From the NCBI GenBank assembly GCA_964345005.1, contig CAYFPQ010000002.1:48219-112218 (forward strand): DNA of 64,000 nt. The letters are read 5' to 3'. Position numbers and translations under genes: made by a program. Of the stretch, positions 1 through 9,280 are shown in pieces. The stretch's first letter is position 1; each line of letters starts with the position of its first letter. The notes below the pieces were generated by a model. That model saw nothing but the letters and a program-made list of their open reading frames with translations. It was not told the origin of the DNA and did no database searches. The DNA comes from an uncultured Victivallales bacterium. Its GTDB lineage: Bacteria; Verrucomicrobiota; Kiritimatiellia; UBA8416; JABMPJ01.

Positions 1-85
1 GCCGAGCAACAAGACGACCAAGAGAACAGGGGTGAGGGCTCGAGGCTTGCAGGCTCTGCAGATTCGGTTCATGATGATCGTCTCC

Positions 86-670
86 ATGAGCAAGGTGAGC
101 TGTCAGTGTAAAGTATTGCTCCTCTTGCTGGCCATCCCGCTTTTCGGCGGCTTTGTGTATGGTGCCGGCATGTGGGATGATGACTACGACCGTGAGGATT
201 ACGAGGAGCCGGCGGGAGCTAGTTTCGCGTTTCTTCTAAATCCTGCCGATGACATCTGGGGTATCGGGATCGGCTCCGGCACCTGGCTGGTCGATACACC
301 GATTTTCGGTGACTACTTTGTGCGACTTTTCTACAACGGTTTGGAGGAGACCACGTATAGCGGAATAGGCATGACCTTGCGCATCATGCCGCACTGGCGC
401 GTGGCGCCGTTCGTCGGGGCGGGCGGGAGCTACAATTATGCGCTCAACCGTGCAGAGGCAGACAGTGAGGACGGATCCCTGACTGTGCATGGTGACGACT
501 ACTCTGAGGCGGGGCAGTCCTATTGGGGCGGCCACGCCGAAGCCGGTCTGCGTATCCGGTTTGATTCGCGCCTGCAGCTGCTGGAGTTGATGGGACGATA
601 CACGTGGAGTTCGAACGAGGGCGATACGGATTACTGGCTGGTGGGGATCAGTACAGGTGTTGGGATATAG
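86..670 (+). CDS. outer-membrane beta-barrel protein (OmpA-like/PagL-like fold) with signal peptide
   Basis: ORF 32..670; internal Met at 86 directly precedes a hydrophobic signal peptide (KVLLLLLAIPLFGGFVYG); alternating beta-strand pattern rich in Gly and aromatics typical of small OM barrels; start 32 vs 86 unresolved. Confidence 0.5.
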   Translation: MSKVSCQCKVLLLLLAIPLFGGFVYGAGMWDDDYDREDYEEPAGASFAFLLNPADDIWGIGIGSGTWLVDTPIFGDYFVRLFYNGLEETTYSGIGMTLRIMPHWRVAPFVGAGGSYNYALNRAEADSEDGSLTVHGDDYSEAGQSYWGGHAEAGLRIRFDSRLQLLELMGRYTWSSNEGDTDYWLVGISTGVGI

Positions 671-721
671 TAAGAGCGCTCCGGTCGGGGCAATAGGAAA
701 CAGTGGATAAGGAGGTGTTGG

Positions 722-1408
722 ATGAGACGAGTGTTTTGTATAGTGGTGGCGCTGTTTGTGCTGGTTGTGGGGGTTGAGGCGGCCAGTGGAGACGCCGGGG
801 TGTCTTTGAAGGTGGGGACTCCAGGTATCGGTCTGGATGTCACGTTTGGTCTCGGCGAGAAGGTCAACGCGCGGCTTTCGGGAAACTACTTCAGCTACAC
901 GTACGACGACTTCGAGTTCGACGGAGACGATGAGGCGGAAATCGACGAAGTCGTCGATACGCTCGAAGCCACACTGGATCTCATGTCTGTTGGCGCCCTT
1001 CTTGACTGGCACCCGTGGGGCGGTGCCTTCCGTCTCTCACTCGGTGCCTTCTACAACGGTAACGAGGGAAGCCTGGAGGCAACGGCGGGCGACACCATCG
1101 AGATCGATGGCGAAGAGTACGAGGTAGAAAGACTGGATGGCTCGGTCGAGTTCGACGCGTTTGCTCCTTACGTGGGCATTGGGTGGGGCAATGCCGCCCA
1201 AACAAATTCGCGCTGGCACTTTGCCTGCGATCTGGGCGTGCTTCTGCAGGGCAGCGCAGACATCTCGGTCAAGGCCACGGCCACGGATCCGTTCCTGCAG
1301 GCAGCGCTGAACGCGGGGCTGGAGAACGAGGTGCAGGAATTGGAGGACGATGTCGAGTCCTACACGCTCTTCCCTGTCCTTACGCTCGGTCTAGGCTATA
1401 CGTTCTAG
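722..1408 (+). CDS. outer-membrane beta-barrel protein, acidic, signal peptide
   Basis: N-terminal signal peptide MRRVFCIVVALFVLVVGVEAASG; ends ...LTLGLGYTF (C-terminal Phe, OMP signature); paralogous in style to 86..670. Confidence 0.5.
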   Translation: MRRVFCIVVALFVLVVGVEAASGDAGVSLKVGTPGIGLDVTFGLGEKVNARLSGNYFSYTYDDFEFDGDDEAEIDEVVDTLEATLDLMSVGALLDWHPWGGAFRLSLGAFYNGNEGSLEATAGDTIEIDGEEYEVERLDGSVEFDAFAPYVGIGWGNAAQTNSRWHFACDLGVLLQGSADISVKATATDPFLQAALNAGLENEVQELEDDVESYTLFPVLTLGLGYTF

Positions 1409-2497
1409 CTATTGAACTATCAGGCTGAACGAGAGCTTCGAGGACCGGTCGCCCATGGTTTTCTTGTACATGCCCACAAAATAGCCCTGCCATGGGCAGT
1501 ATCCGGAGTAAATATAGGGCTGCAGTGGGGCGTTGTCTTCGTCGCCCGTAACAAAGCGAAGCTTACGGCTTCCGTAAACAGGCGCCGCGATCCGGACGAT
1601 CCCGGAACGATGGCCCATGCCGCGGATCGAATCGGCATACGCAAACTCTTTCCGCGAACCGGACACCGGTTCTGCCACGACGCGCCAACCCTTCAGGATC
1701 TCGGCACGCTCAGCCAGCGAAACCTCGTCGGTGAACGCGTGCGATGCCGGCACATTGGCACCGAGTCGAAAGTAGGTTTTGTCCCTGATATCCGCGGGAT
1801 CGGTGCAGTATCCCCAGGACTTGACCCCTTTCTCGCTGAATTCGAACGTTACGTTGAATGACACGAGGTCCTTGAGCAGTCCACAGAGCGTTACCTGTTT
1901 AGGCTGCACCGAAGGTTCCGGAACAAATGATAGTTTCGCGATCGGGCGTCCGGTGTGTATCGGCGGGTTAATAGTGGTATCATAATAGTAACAGCGCAGG
2001 CCATAGCTTAGCGGCTTTCCAACACGTTTGCCTTTGTCCTTGGGGTAGATAAGCACATTGCCGCGTTTGTCTATCACGGCATCGAAGTTCTTTGCAACGT
2101 AGGCGGCATGGTAATTGTGCCATTTTCCACCAGAGAAGACGGGAAGGTCGTTCTCGGCCTCGGGCTTCTTCACGGTTACGGGCCCGGATGCTACCGCTGC
2201 CTTATCCTTAACCCAGGCGCGATCTTTCGGGACAAGTCGGTGCAAGGGAATCACGAGGTCTTTACCATCGCTCCCTCGAAGCACCACTTTTCCGAACTTG
2301 CTTTCCACGTACTCCGCTTCGATTACGGCCCCGCTCACGCTTGTCCAGGTGCGCATGTTGGGGTTCTTCTCCTTGGCTTCTGCGGCCTTAGCCGGTTTCT
2401 CGGCTGCTGCCGCAGCTGCGGGCTCGGCCCCGATGCTGTTCGAACACACGAGCGGCATCAATATGCAAACGATCCATAAACGCAGAATCTGTCTCAT
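1409..2497 (-). CDS. secreted hypothetical protein with SHD1 (SLA1 homology) domain
   Basis: signal peptide MRQILRLWIVCILMPLVCS; motif WTSVSGAVIEAEYVESKFGKVVLRGSDGKDLVIPLHRLVPKDRAW matches the SHD1 domain pattern common in PVC bacteria. Confidence 0.55.
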   Translation of the reverse strand: MRQILRLWIVCILMPLVCSNSIGAEPAAAAAAEKPAKAAEAKEKNPNMRTWTSVSGAVIEAEYVESKFGKVVLRGSDGKDLVIPLHRLVPKDRAWVKDKAAVASGPVTVKKPEAENDLPVFSGGKWHNYHAAYVAKNFDAVIDKRGNVLIYPKDKGKRVGKPLSYGLRCYYYDTTINPPIHTGRPIAKLSFVPEPSVQPKQVTLCGLLKDLVSFNVTFEFSEKGVKSWGYCTDPADIRDKTYFRLGANVPASHAFTDEVSLAERAEILKGWRVVAEPVSGSRKEFAYADSIRGMGHRSGIVRIAAPVYGSRKLRFVTGDEDNAPLQPYIYSGYCPWQGYFVGMYKKTMGDRSSKLSFSLIVQ

Positions 2498-2511
2498 AGC
2501 TACTCCTTATC

Positions 2512-3966
2512 TTAGACGACGTATGTTGAGGCGGAAGTTGTGCCGCCGCGGCCGGTCCAGTTCGTGTGGAAAAACTCACCGCGTGGCTTGTCCAGACGCT
2601 CGTAGGTGTGAGCGCCGAAGTAGTCGCGCTGAGCCTGCAGCAGATTCGCCGGCAGACGTTCGCAGCGATACGAGTCGTAGTAATTCAGCGCCGAGCTCAT
2701 TGCCGGAATCGGAATGCCGAGTTTGACAGCAGTCTGAATCACCTTGCGCCACGGGCGCTGTGCCTGGCGTACCACGCGCTTGAAGTAAGGCGCGAGCAAC
2801 AGGTTAGGCAGTTTGCGCCGGCGCCCAAAGGCCAGCTTGATTTCGTCAAGGAACTGGGCCCGGATGATGCAGCCACCACGCCACATCAGCGCGATCTCAC
2901 CGTAGTTGAGCTTCCAGCCGTGTTCCTCTGATGCCGCGCGCAGGAGTTGATATCCCTGGGCGTAGGAGCAGATCTTTGATGCGTAAACGGCATCATGGAG
3001 CTGCTGGAGGAACTTCTCGCGGTCGCCGCGGAACGAAACACGCGGTCCGCGCAACTTCGTAGAGGCCGCCACGCGCTCATCCTTGATGGCCGACAGGCAG
3101 CGCGCAAACACAGCCTCGGCGATCTGCGGGATGCCGACTCCAAGGTCCAGCCCGGCTTGCGACGTCCACTTGCCGGTGCCCTTCTGGCCAGCCGTGTCGA
3201 GAATGACGTCGACCATCGGGGTACCGTCGTCATCCTTCTTGGCCAGGATATCGCGGGTGATCTCGATCAGGTAGGAATCCAGCACGCCGTCGTTCCACTC
3301 GGCGAACACTTTCTGACATTCGTCGGCGCTCATACCGAGCCCCTGACTCATGATATGGTAGGCCTCACAGATGAGCTGCATGTCACCGTACTCGATGCCG
3401 TTGTGGACCATCTTCACAAAATGACCGGCACCGTCCTTGCCTACCCATTCGCAGCAGGGCGATCCGTCCGGGGCCTTGGCCGAGATAGCCTGGAAGATCT
3501 CCTTCACTTCAGGCCAGGCCTTGGGGCTGCCGCCGGGCATGATGGAGGGCCCAAGGAGCGCGCCCTCTTCACCACCGGAAACTCCGGTACCGATGTAGAG
3601 GATGCCCTTCTTCTTCAGTTCTTCGTAACGGCGGATGGTGTCCGGGTAGTGACTGTTACCGCCATCGATGATGATGTCGCCCTGTTCCACGTAGGGCAGA
3701 AGCTGCTCGATGAACGCATCCACAGGGGCACCGGCCTTGACCAGCAACATGATCTTGCGTGGGCGCTCGAGGCTGTTCACCAGCTCTTCCATACTGTGGC
3801 AGCCGATGAAGTTCTTGCCGGCGCCACGACCGTTAACGAAATCGTCCACCTTGCTCACCGTGCGATTGTAGCACGCCACTGTGAAGCCCTTGCTCTCCAT
3901 GTTCAGAATGAGGTTTTCCCCCATCACTGCCAGCCCAACCAATCCGATGTCTGCCTTGTCTTTCAT
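2512..3966 (-). CDS. gnd: 6-phosphogluconate dehydrogenase (decarboxylating)
   Basis: N-terminal Rossmann GLVGLAVMGENLILNMESKGF, conserved GxSGGEEGA and C-terminal 6PGD domain over the full 484 aa. Confidence 0.93.
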   Translation of the reverse strand: MKDKADIGLVGLAVMGENLILNMESKGFTVACYNRTVSKVDDFVNGRGAGKNFIGCHSMEELVNSLERPRKIMLLVKAGAPVDAFIEQLLPYVEQGDIIIDGGNSHYPDTIRRYEELKKKGILYIGTGVSGGEEGALLGPSIMPGGSPKAWPEVKEIFQAISAKAPDGSPCCEWVGKDGAGHFVKMVHNGIEYGDMQLICEAYHIMSQGLGMSADECQKVFAEWNDGVLDSYLIEITRDILAKKDDDGTPMVDVILDTAGQKGTGKWTSQAGLDLGVGIPQIAEAVFARCLSAIKDERVAASTKLRGPRVSFRGDREKFLQQLHDAVYASKICSYAQGYQLLRAASEEHGWKLNYGEIALMWRGGCIIRAQFLDEIKLAFGRRRKLPNLLLAPYFKRVVRQAQRPWRKVIQTAVKLGIPIPAMSSALNYYDSYRCERLPANLLQAQRDYFGAHTYERLDKPRGEFFHTNWTGRGGTTSASTYVV

Positions 3967-3998
3967 ATCTCTCCTCTTTCTTATACTGTATGTATGCT

Positions 3999-4856
3999 TT
4001 AAACGCCACTATATGCTGCAAATCCGCCATCAACCGGGATCACTGTTCCGGTCACGAATCCCGCTCCCTGATCCGAGACCAGCCACAGAAGGGTTCCCAC
4101 GAGTTCCTCGGGAGTGCCGTAGCGGCCGAGGGGAGTCTGCCCGATGATCTGGCCGCCCCGTGCCGTTGGCGATCCATCTTCGTTCGTCAAGAGGGCGCGG
4201 TTCTGATCGGTCAGGAAGAATCCCGGTGCGATCGCGTTGACGCGAATTCCAACTTTCGACATGTGCACGGCGAGCCACTGCGTGAAGTTGCTGACTGCCG
4301 CCTTCGCGCCGCTGTAGGCCGGGATCTTGGTCAGGGGCGTGAATGCGTTCATCGACGAGGTATTGATGATAACTCCCCCACCCCGCTCGGCCATGCCGCG
4401 TGCGAATACCTGCGACGGAAGGAGTGTCCCGAGAAAGTTCAGATTGAATACGAATTCGATGCCGCCCGCATCCAGATCAAAGAACGTGGTGGCGTCGGAA
4501 TCGGCCTGCGCGAGCACTTCCCTGGTCAGGAACTCCATTGACGTCGTTCCCTTGGGATGGTTGCCCCCTGCCCCGTTGATCAGAATGTCGACCGGTCCCA
4601 GTTCGGCTTCGATCTTTCCGCGGGCTGCCTCCAGGCTGGCCGACTCGAGTACATTGCAGTCGACCCCGATTGCCGTGCCGCCGGCTCCGTTGATTTCGGT
4701 TGCCACGGCCTCCGCTGCTTCGAGGCGAAGGTCCGCCACAGCCACCTTGGCACCGCATTCGGCCAATGCCTTGGCCATGGTGCTGCAGAGAACACCCCCA
4801 CCCCCGGTCACGACCGCAGTCTTACCTTCCAGGTCAATATTGAACGGTACAGTCAT
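3999..4856 (-). CDS. SDR-family oxidoreductase (sugar/sugar-acid dehydrogenase-like)
   Basis: TGGGGVLG cofactor motif after MTVPFNIDLEGKTAVV, NGAGG motif and YSGAK catalytic Tyr-Lys; start moved to Met 4856 (ORF 4907) to avoid overlap with the upstream gene. Confidence 0.8.
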   Translation of the reverse strand: MTVPFNIDLEGKTAVVTGGGGVLCSTMAKALAECGAKVAVADLRLEAAEAVATEINGAGGTAIGVDCNVLESASLEAARGKIEAELGPVDILINGAGGNHPKGTTSMEFLTREVLAQADSDATTFFDLDAGGIEFVFNLNFLGTLLPSQVFARGMAERGGGVIINTSSMNAFTPLTKIPAYSGAKAAVSNFTQWLAVHMSKVGIRVNAIAPGFFLTDQNRALLTNEDGSPTARGGQIIGQTPLGRYGTPEELVGTLLWLVSDQGAGFVTGTVIPVDGGFAAYSGV

Positions 4857-4873
4857 TCGCTTTTCTCCCTTTT

Positions 4874-6181
4874 CTAAGCTTCCTCGAACCGGTTTCGCCA
4901 CGACCACAGGCCGATTGCGGGGTTCGAAATATAGAAAATCTCCTCGCCGTCATCCATGACATTGATACCGTCCTTCAGGTTCGCAGGATCGTAGCGTTCG
5001 AGCATGGCGTCGAGCGGTGCATAGTTGAAATTGACACTGCGGATCTCGTCTTCGCTTAGGTGACCGGGGCAGTACGTGATGGTGAAGCGCCCCTCTGAAG
5101 ACCCGTGAATGAGATGTGCGGCAGCGCTCAGGTTGTTACCCAGTTCAGGATGCTCCTTTAGAGCGGCCAGCACGGCTGGGGTTCCAATGTACCCATAGGC
5201 GCGAATCAGGCGGTCAATCTCCGCGTCCTCGCCAAACTCGCATACACCAGGCGCCAGCACAATCAACTCGCCATCGTCGGCAATGGCCATGCGCGTGCGA
5301 TAAACGCTCTTGTTGCCAAGCCAGGTGCTCTTGAATTCAGCGGGATCGAGATAGACCACCACTTTCTTGAGTGGCTCCTCTACCATTTCGAAATTCACCT
5401 TGAGCGAGAGCTCGGCGGCACGGTCGAAGCACTCGCGGCCGTCCCCGATGTAGAGCCCGCGGAGCTGGAGCTCCCCGGCATCGTCTCGCCCGATAACCGT
5501 CTGCACGTAAACAATGGGCAGGTCGGATGCAAAATGCTCACAGGCGTAGTCCAGTACCCGCCGCACGGGCGTATCGGCCCGCCCCATCATCCGTTCCATG
5601 CCGTAGGCCGCACCCAGGAAGTGGCTCTTGTTGATCCCTTCGGGTCCGCCCGTGCCGACGAAGACGTTCTTGCTGTGATTTGCCATGCCGATCACTTCAT
5701 GCGGCACCACTTGGCCGATGGAAATGATAAGGTCATGACCGCCATCGACCAGCAGATGGTCGACCTGTGCAGGCCAAGCATAGTCTACAGCGCCTTCCGA
5801 CACTTCGCGAAGAAACTCGGCCGGCACTTCACCCAGCGTGACAACACCACTGCGCCAGTCGTGCTCGCGGAACCGGTCGTGCGGAACGCCAGGAAACATC
5901 TCGTCAAGTTGCCCGGCCGTCATGGGCGTATGGGTTCCCAGGGCCGGGAGCACATCGACAAGGCGATCGCCGTAGTAATCGAAGGCAAACCGTGTGAACA
6001 TGCCGGCTTGAGAGTGAAAACGGGTGAAATCAGGCGGAATTGCCAAGACGCGATCACGACGTCCGAGCTGCTCGAGTACGCCCACGAGCGCCGCACGTGC
6101 TTCTTCCGGTGCGATTACATCTGCTTCTGATCCACGTTCGAAATAGAGCATAGCGCTTTTTCCTGTCGCGAAAGAACGCAA
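4874..6181 (-). CDS. LarA-like (lactate racemase family / DUF2088) alpha-hydroxyacid racemase/epimerase homolog
   Basis: 435 aa, size and layout of LarA; segment VVPHEVIGMANHSKNVFVGTGGPEGINKSHF resembles the LarA His/Lys pincer-cofactor region; call is from memory of the family. Confidence 0.45.
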   Translation of the reverse strand: MRSFATGKSAMLYFERGSEADVIAPEEARAALVGVLEQLGRRDRVLAIPPDFTRFHSQAGMFTRFAFDYYGDRLVDVLPALGTHTPMTAGQLDEMFPGVPHDRFREHDWRSGVVTLGEVPAEFLREVSEGAVDYAWPAQVDHLLVDGGHDLIISIGQVVPHEVIGMANHSKNVFVGTGGPEGINKSHFLGAAYGMERMMGRADTPVRRVLDYACEHFASDLPIVYVQTVIGRDDAGELQLRGLYIGDGRECFDRAAELSLKVNFEMVEEPLKKVVVYLDPAEFKSTWLGNKSVYRTRMAIADDGELIVLAPGVCEFGEDAEIDRLIRAYGYIGTPAVLAALKEHPELGNNLSAAAHLIHGSSEGRFTITYCPGHLSEDEIRSVNFNYAPLDAMLERYDPANLKDGINVMDDGEEIFYISNPAIGLWSWRNRFEEA

Positions 6182-6260
6182 TAAAACACAAAAACGAACA
6201 AGATGTCACGAAAAATCTACGCGTTATTATGTGGAAAGCCGCATGTTCAGCGTTGCTAAC

Positions 6261-6340
6261 GGCCCGCTCGGATAGCGGGCCCTTTACCATGGATCGCGCA
6301 ATACCGTGGGTTGGGTAGGGCCCGTTCTCCGAACGGGCCG
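6261..6340. repeat. REP-like palindromic element, two inverted units (copy A)
   Basis: unit1 ggcccgctcggatagcgggccctttacca (6261-6289) and inverted unit2 tgggtagggcccgttctccgaacgggccg (6312-6340); each unit is itself a hairpin; same family at 17521, 32415 and 62102. Confidence 0.65.
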
Positions 6341-6464
6341 CAGCACAGGCGCGCCCGCTGAGCGAACCTGCCAAAATGACACAGTGAATCGGCTTGCGGC
6401 GGCGCGTGGTCCGTGGTAGGGTTGTGTCATATTGTCGCATTAGAAAGGCAAAGGATTTAGAAAA

Positions 6465-7691
6465 ATGCCAATGAAATCTGGATTTGTTGAACGATTGATC
6501 GAGCGACTGGATCGTTTGGACCCGGAGAGTTTGCAGTCTCATTTTCTTCGCTTGGCGCAGGATCGAGGGCTCCTGGAAATGGTATTCCAATCAATCCAGG
6601 AGGGTGTCGTGGTGGTGGACAGCAGCGGGAACTTGGACTACGCGAATCGTGCGGCGGAACAGTTTCTGGGATTTGCGCTGGAATCTGAGCAGGGAAAACC
6701 GGTTTCGCGCTACTTGGGTGAGATCGACTGGGAGCGCATCTTGAGCTTGGACACGCAGGAGTGGTCAAGACTCGTCACGCGCGAGATCGAGATCACGTAT
6801 CCGGTGCAGCGTTTCTTAACATTCTACGTCGTGCCGATGCACCAGGATTCACTTGAGAGTACCGGTGCATTGGTGATTCTCCGGGACGTTACGCATGAGC
6901 GTGAGGAGGAAGCGACAACGCTGGAATCCGAGCGCATCAATGCCGTGAAGCTGCTGGCCGCTGGTGTCGCGCACGAGATTGGCAATCCGCTCAACGCACT
7001 GAACATCCACCTTCAACTGTTGGACCGCGAGATAGGGAAGATGCGGAAGGATGCGGATGGGGGAGCGTCGGCTGACTCCGAGGACTTGGGCTACCTGCAT
7101 GAGTTGACGGAGGTGGCACGTACGGAGGTGGGGCGGCTCGATCAGGTGATCACGCAATTCCTACAGGCCATCCGGCCAACCAGGCCGGATTTGGCTTCCG
7201 CACAGATCGAGATCCTGTTGGAGGATACGCTGACGTTGCTCAAGCAGGAGGTGCAGAACCGCAGCATCAGTATCGAGATTGATCGGCCCGACAAGTTGCC
7301 GCGGATCAGGGTCGATAGCGGCCAGATCAAACAGGTCTTCTTCAACGTCATCCGTAACGCGTTCCAAGCCATGCCGGATGGTGGGCAGCTCAAGATCGTA
7401 CTTTTCACAACGGACGAGTATCTCGGCATATCGTTCCGGGATTCGGGCGTGGGAATTCCGCCCGAGGAGTTCAGCCGCATCTTCGAACCCTATCACACGA
7501 CCAAGGCCAGCGGTTCGGGGCTGGGGCTGATGATTGTGCAGCGTATCGTGCAGGACCATGGCGGGCAGATCGAGGTGATGAGCAAGGCGGATGCCGGAAC
7601 CGGGTTCACCGTGTTGCTGCCGCTGGTTGAACGGAGCATCCGGTTGTTGGACGCGAAGGCGAGCAGGAAGAGAGGGAAGCGCAATGAGTGA
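6465..7691 (+). CDS. sensor histidine kinase (PAS + HisKA + HATPase_c), NtrB-like
   Basis: H-box AAGVAHEIGNPLNALNIHLQLL; N/G boxes (NVIRNAFQAM, DSGVGIP, GSGLGL); PAS-like N-terminus; 8-nt overlap with the downstream sigma-54 regulator. Confidence 0.88.
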   Translation: MPMKSGFVERLIERLDRLDPESLQSHFLRLAQDRGLLEMVFQSIQEGVVVVDSSGNLDYANRAAEQFLGFALESEQGKPVSRYLGEIDWERILSLDTQEWSRLVTREIEITYPVQRFLTFYVVPMHQDSLESTGALVILRDVTHEREEEATTLESERINAVKLLAAGVAHEIGNPLNALNIHLQLLDREIGKMRKDADGGASADSEDLGYLHELTEVARTEVGRLDQVITQFLQAIRPTRPDLASAQIEILLEDTLTLLKQEVQNRSISIEIDRPDKLPRIRVDSGQIKQVFFNVIRNAFQAMPDGGQLKIVLFTTDEYLGISFRDSGVGIPPEEFSRIFEPYHTTKASGSGLGLMIVQRIVQDHGGQIEVMSKADAGTGFTVLLPLVERSIRLLDAKASRKRGKRNE

Positions 7692-9096
7692 TATGAAACC
7701 TTCCATCTTGATTGTTGATGACGAGAAGAACACGCGCGATGGCCTCGAGCGGGCGTTGCGTCGGGAGTACCGGGTTAGAACGGCCGAAAGTGGCGATAGC
7801 GCACTCGAGCTGATGGCTAAGGATCCGCCCGATATCCTGCTGACGGATCTGCGCATGCCGGGTATAGACGGGCTGACACTGGTCCAGCGCGCCCTGGCAC
7901 GGCATCCGGCCCTCGTTTGCCTGTTACTCACCGCATACGGTTCGGTTGAAACGGCCGTCGAAGCGATGAAGCGCGGCGCGCACGACTACCTGACCAAGCC
8001 GGTGAATCTTGATGAGCTGGAGCTGGTGCTCAAGCGGGCATTACGATCGCAAAGGGTGGAGTCCGAGAACGCGAATCTGCATGAGCAGCTCGACGACAAG
8101 TACGGGTTGGAGAATATCATCGGGAATTCTCCTGCCATGTCTCAGCTCTTCGATACGATTCGCCAGGCAGCGCCGACGCAGGCTACCGTCCTCGTGCAGG
8201 GCGAGAGCGGCACGGGCAAGGAGCTGGTCGCGCATGCCGTGCATCGTCTCAGCGATCGGGCGCGTGGTCCGTTCGTCGCCGTTCATTGTGCGGCACTGTC
8301 GATGAATCTGCTCGAAAGCGAACTGTTCGGGCACGAGAAAGGGGCGTTCACCGGTGCCATGTCGAGGCGCAAGGGGCGTTTTGAGTTGGCAGATGGTGGA
8401 ACACTCTTTCTCGATGAGATATCTGAGATCGATGCATCGATCCAGGTGAAGCTGCTACGCGTGTTGGAGGAGCGCAAGTTCGAGCGGGTAGGGGGCGATG
8501 AAACGGTCGAGACCGATATCCGCCTCGTCACGGCAACGAACAAAGACCTGAAGCAGTTGGTCAAGGAAGGCAAGTTCAGGGAGGATCTCTTTTTCCGGCT
8601 CGACGTGGTCAATATCACGCTGCCGCCTCTGCGGGAGAGGGTGGGGGACGTGCCCATGTTGTGCGGCCACTTCCTGGAAGCGTTCAGCGTCAGTAACAAC
8701 CGCAAGATCAACGGCATCACACCGGATGCCGTTACCATGCTCTCGAACTACAACTGGCCGGGCAACGTGCGTGAACTCCGCAACACGATCGAGAAGATGG
8801 TGGTGCTCGGTCGCGGCGAGCGGCTGACAGCTCGCGATATTCCTGCGAACATCCGCGAAGCCGTGAAGGCCGCCGGGCCGGCCGTTGTACTCGCGACCGG
8901 CGACACGATGCACGGCGGCGACTCGCTTGCTGCCACAGAGCAGCGCATGATCATGGCCACGCTCAAGAAGCTGAACGGCAATCGAACGAAGGCCGCCGAA
9001 GAACTTGGCATCAGCCGGCGTACGCTCCACCGTAAGTTGAAGCAGTACGAAGAAGCTTCAGCGGCATCTTTCGATAGCGCGGAGGCAAGTGACTAG
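7684..9096 (+). CDS. sigma-54-dependent response regulator (NtrC/AtoC family)
   Basis: receiver domain (ILIVDDE...D...TDLRMPGIDG), AAA+ sigma-54 activator core (GESGTGKE, GAFTGA, ESELFGHEKGAFTGA) and C-terminal Fis-type HTH; start at MSDMKPS (ORF 7591 has an N-terminal extension). Confidence 0.92.
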   Translation: MSDMKPSILIVDDEKNTRDGLERALRREYRVRTAESGDSALELMAKDPPDILLTDLRMPGIDGLTLVQRALARHPALVCLLLTAYGSVETAVEAMKRGAHDYLTKPVNLDELELVLKRALRSQRVESENANLHEQLDDKYGLENIIGNSPAMSQLFDTIRQAAPTQATVLVQGESGTGKELVAHAVHRLSDRARGPFVAVHCAALSMNLLESELFGHEKGAFTGAMSRRKGRFELADGGTLFLDEISEIDASIQVKLLRVLEERKFERVGGDETVETDIRLVTATNKDLKQLVKEGKFREDLFFRLDVVNITLPPLRERVGDVPMLCGHFLEAFSVSNNRKINGITPDAVTMLSNYNWPGNVRELRNTIEKMVVLGRGERLTARDIPANIREAVKAAGPAVVLATGDTMHGGDSLAATEQRMIMATLKKLNGNRTKAAEELGISRRTLHRKLKQYEEASAASFDSAEASD

Positions 9097-9243
9097 TGTC
9101 GTGTCACGCTTGAAAAGATACGTAAACGCATTTCCTTGTCATCCCGAAGCTTGTCGAGGGATCTCTTGTAAACCAGTAACGTCTGAGATTCCTCGACTTC
9201 GCTCGGAATGACAGATTACCTAACGTTACTGGGTTGACACGAC
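9097..9243. ncRNA. candidate structured RNA / palindromic element (nested stems with pseudoknot complementarity)
   Basis: P1 tgtcgtgtc(9097-9105)/gacacgaca(9235-9243); P2 28-nt arms 9137-9164/9186-9213 with internal loop; 10-nt ccagtaacgt (9173-9182) in the P2 loop is exactly complementary to acgttactgg (9223-9232); strand and transcription unknown. Confidence 0.3.
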
Positions 9244-9280
9244 AGTAGCCGCGAAGTCACAGGGAACGCAGAAAGATGCA

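Noticed and set aside
236-1012. Many long ORFs in the six-frame track lie antisense to or inside strongly supported genes (e.g. 236..1012, 2995..4002, 5534..6130, 7161..7931, 15096..16313, 16261..17361, 19466..20038, 33541..33981, 35860..36492, 43773..44870, 57903..59324)
   Set aside because: Shadow ORFs expected in a high-GC genome; low-complexity Arg/Pro/Ala-rich translations, no motifs, and they overlap genes with clear domain signatures
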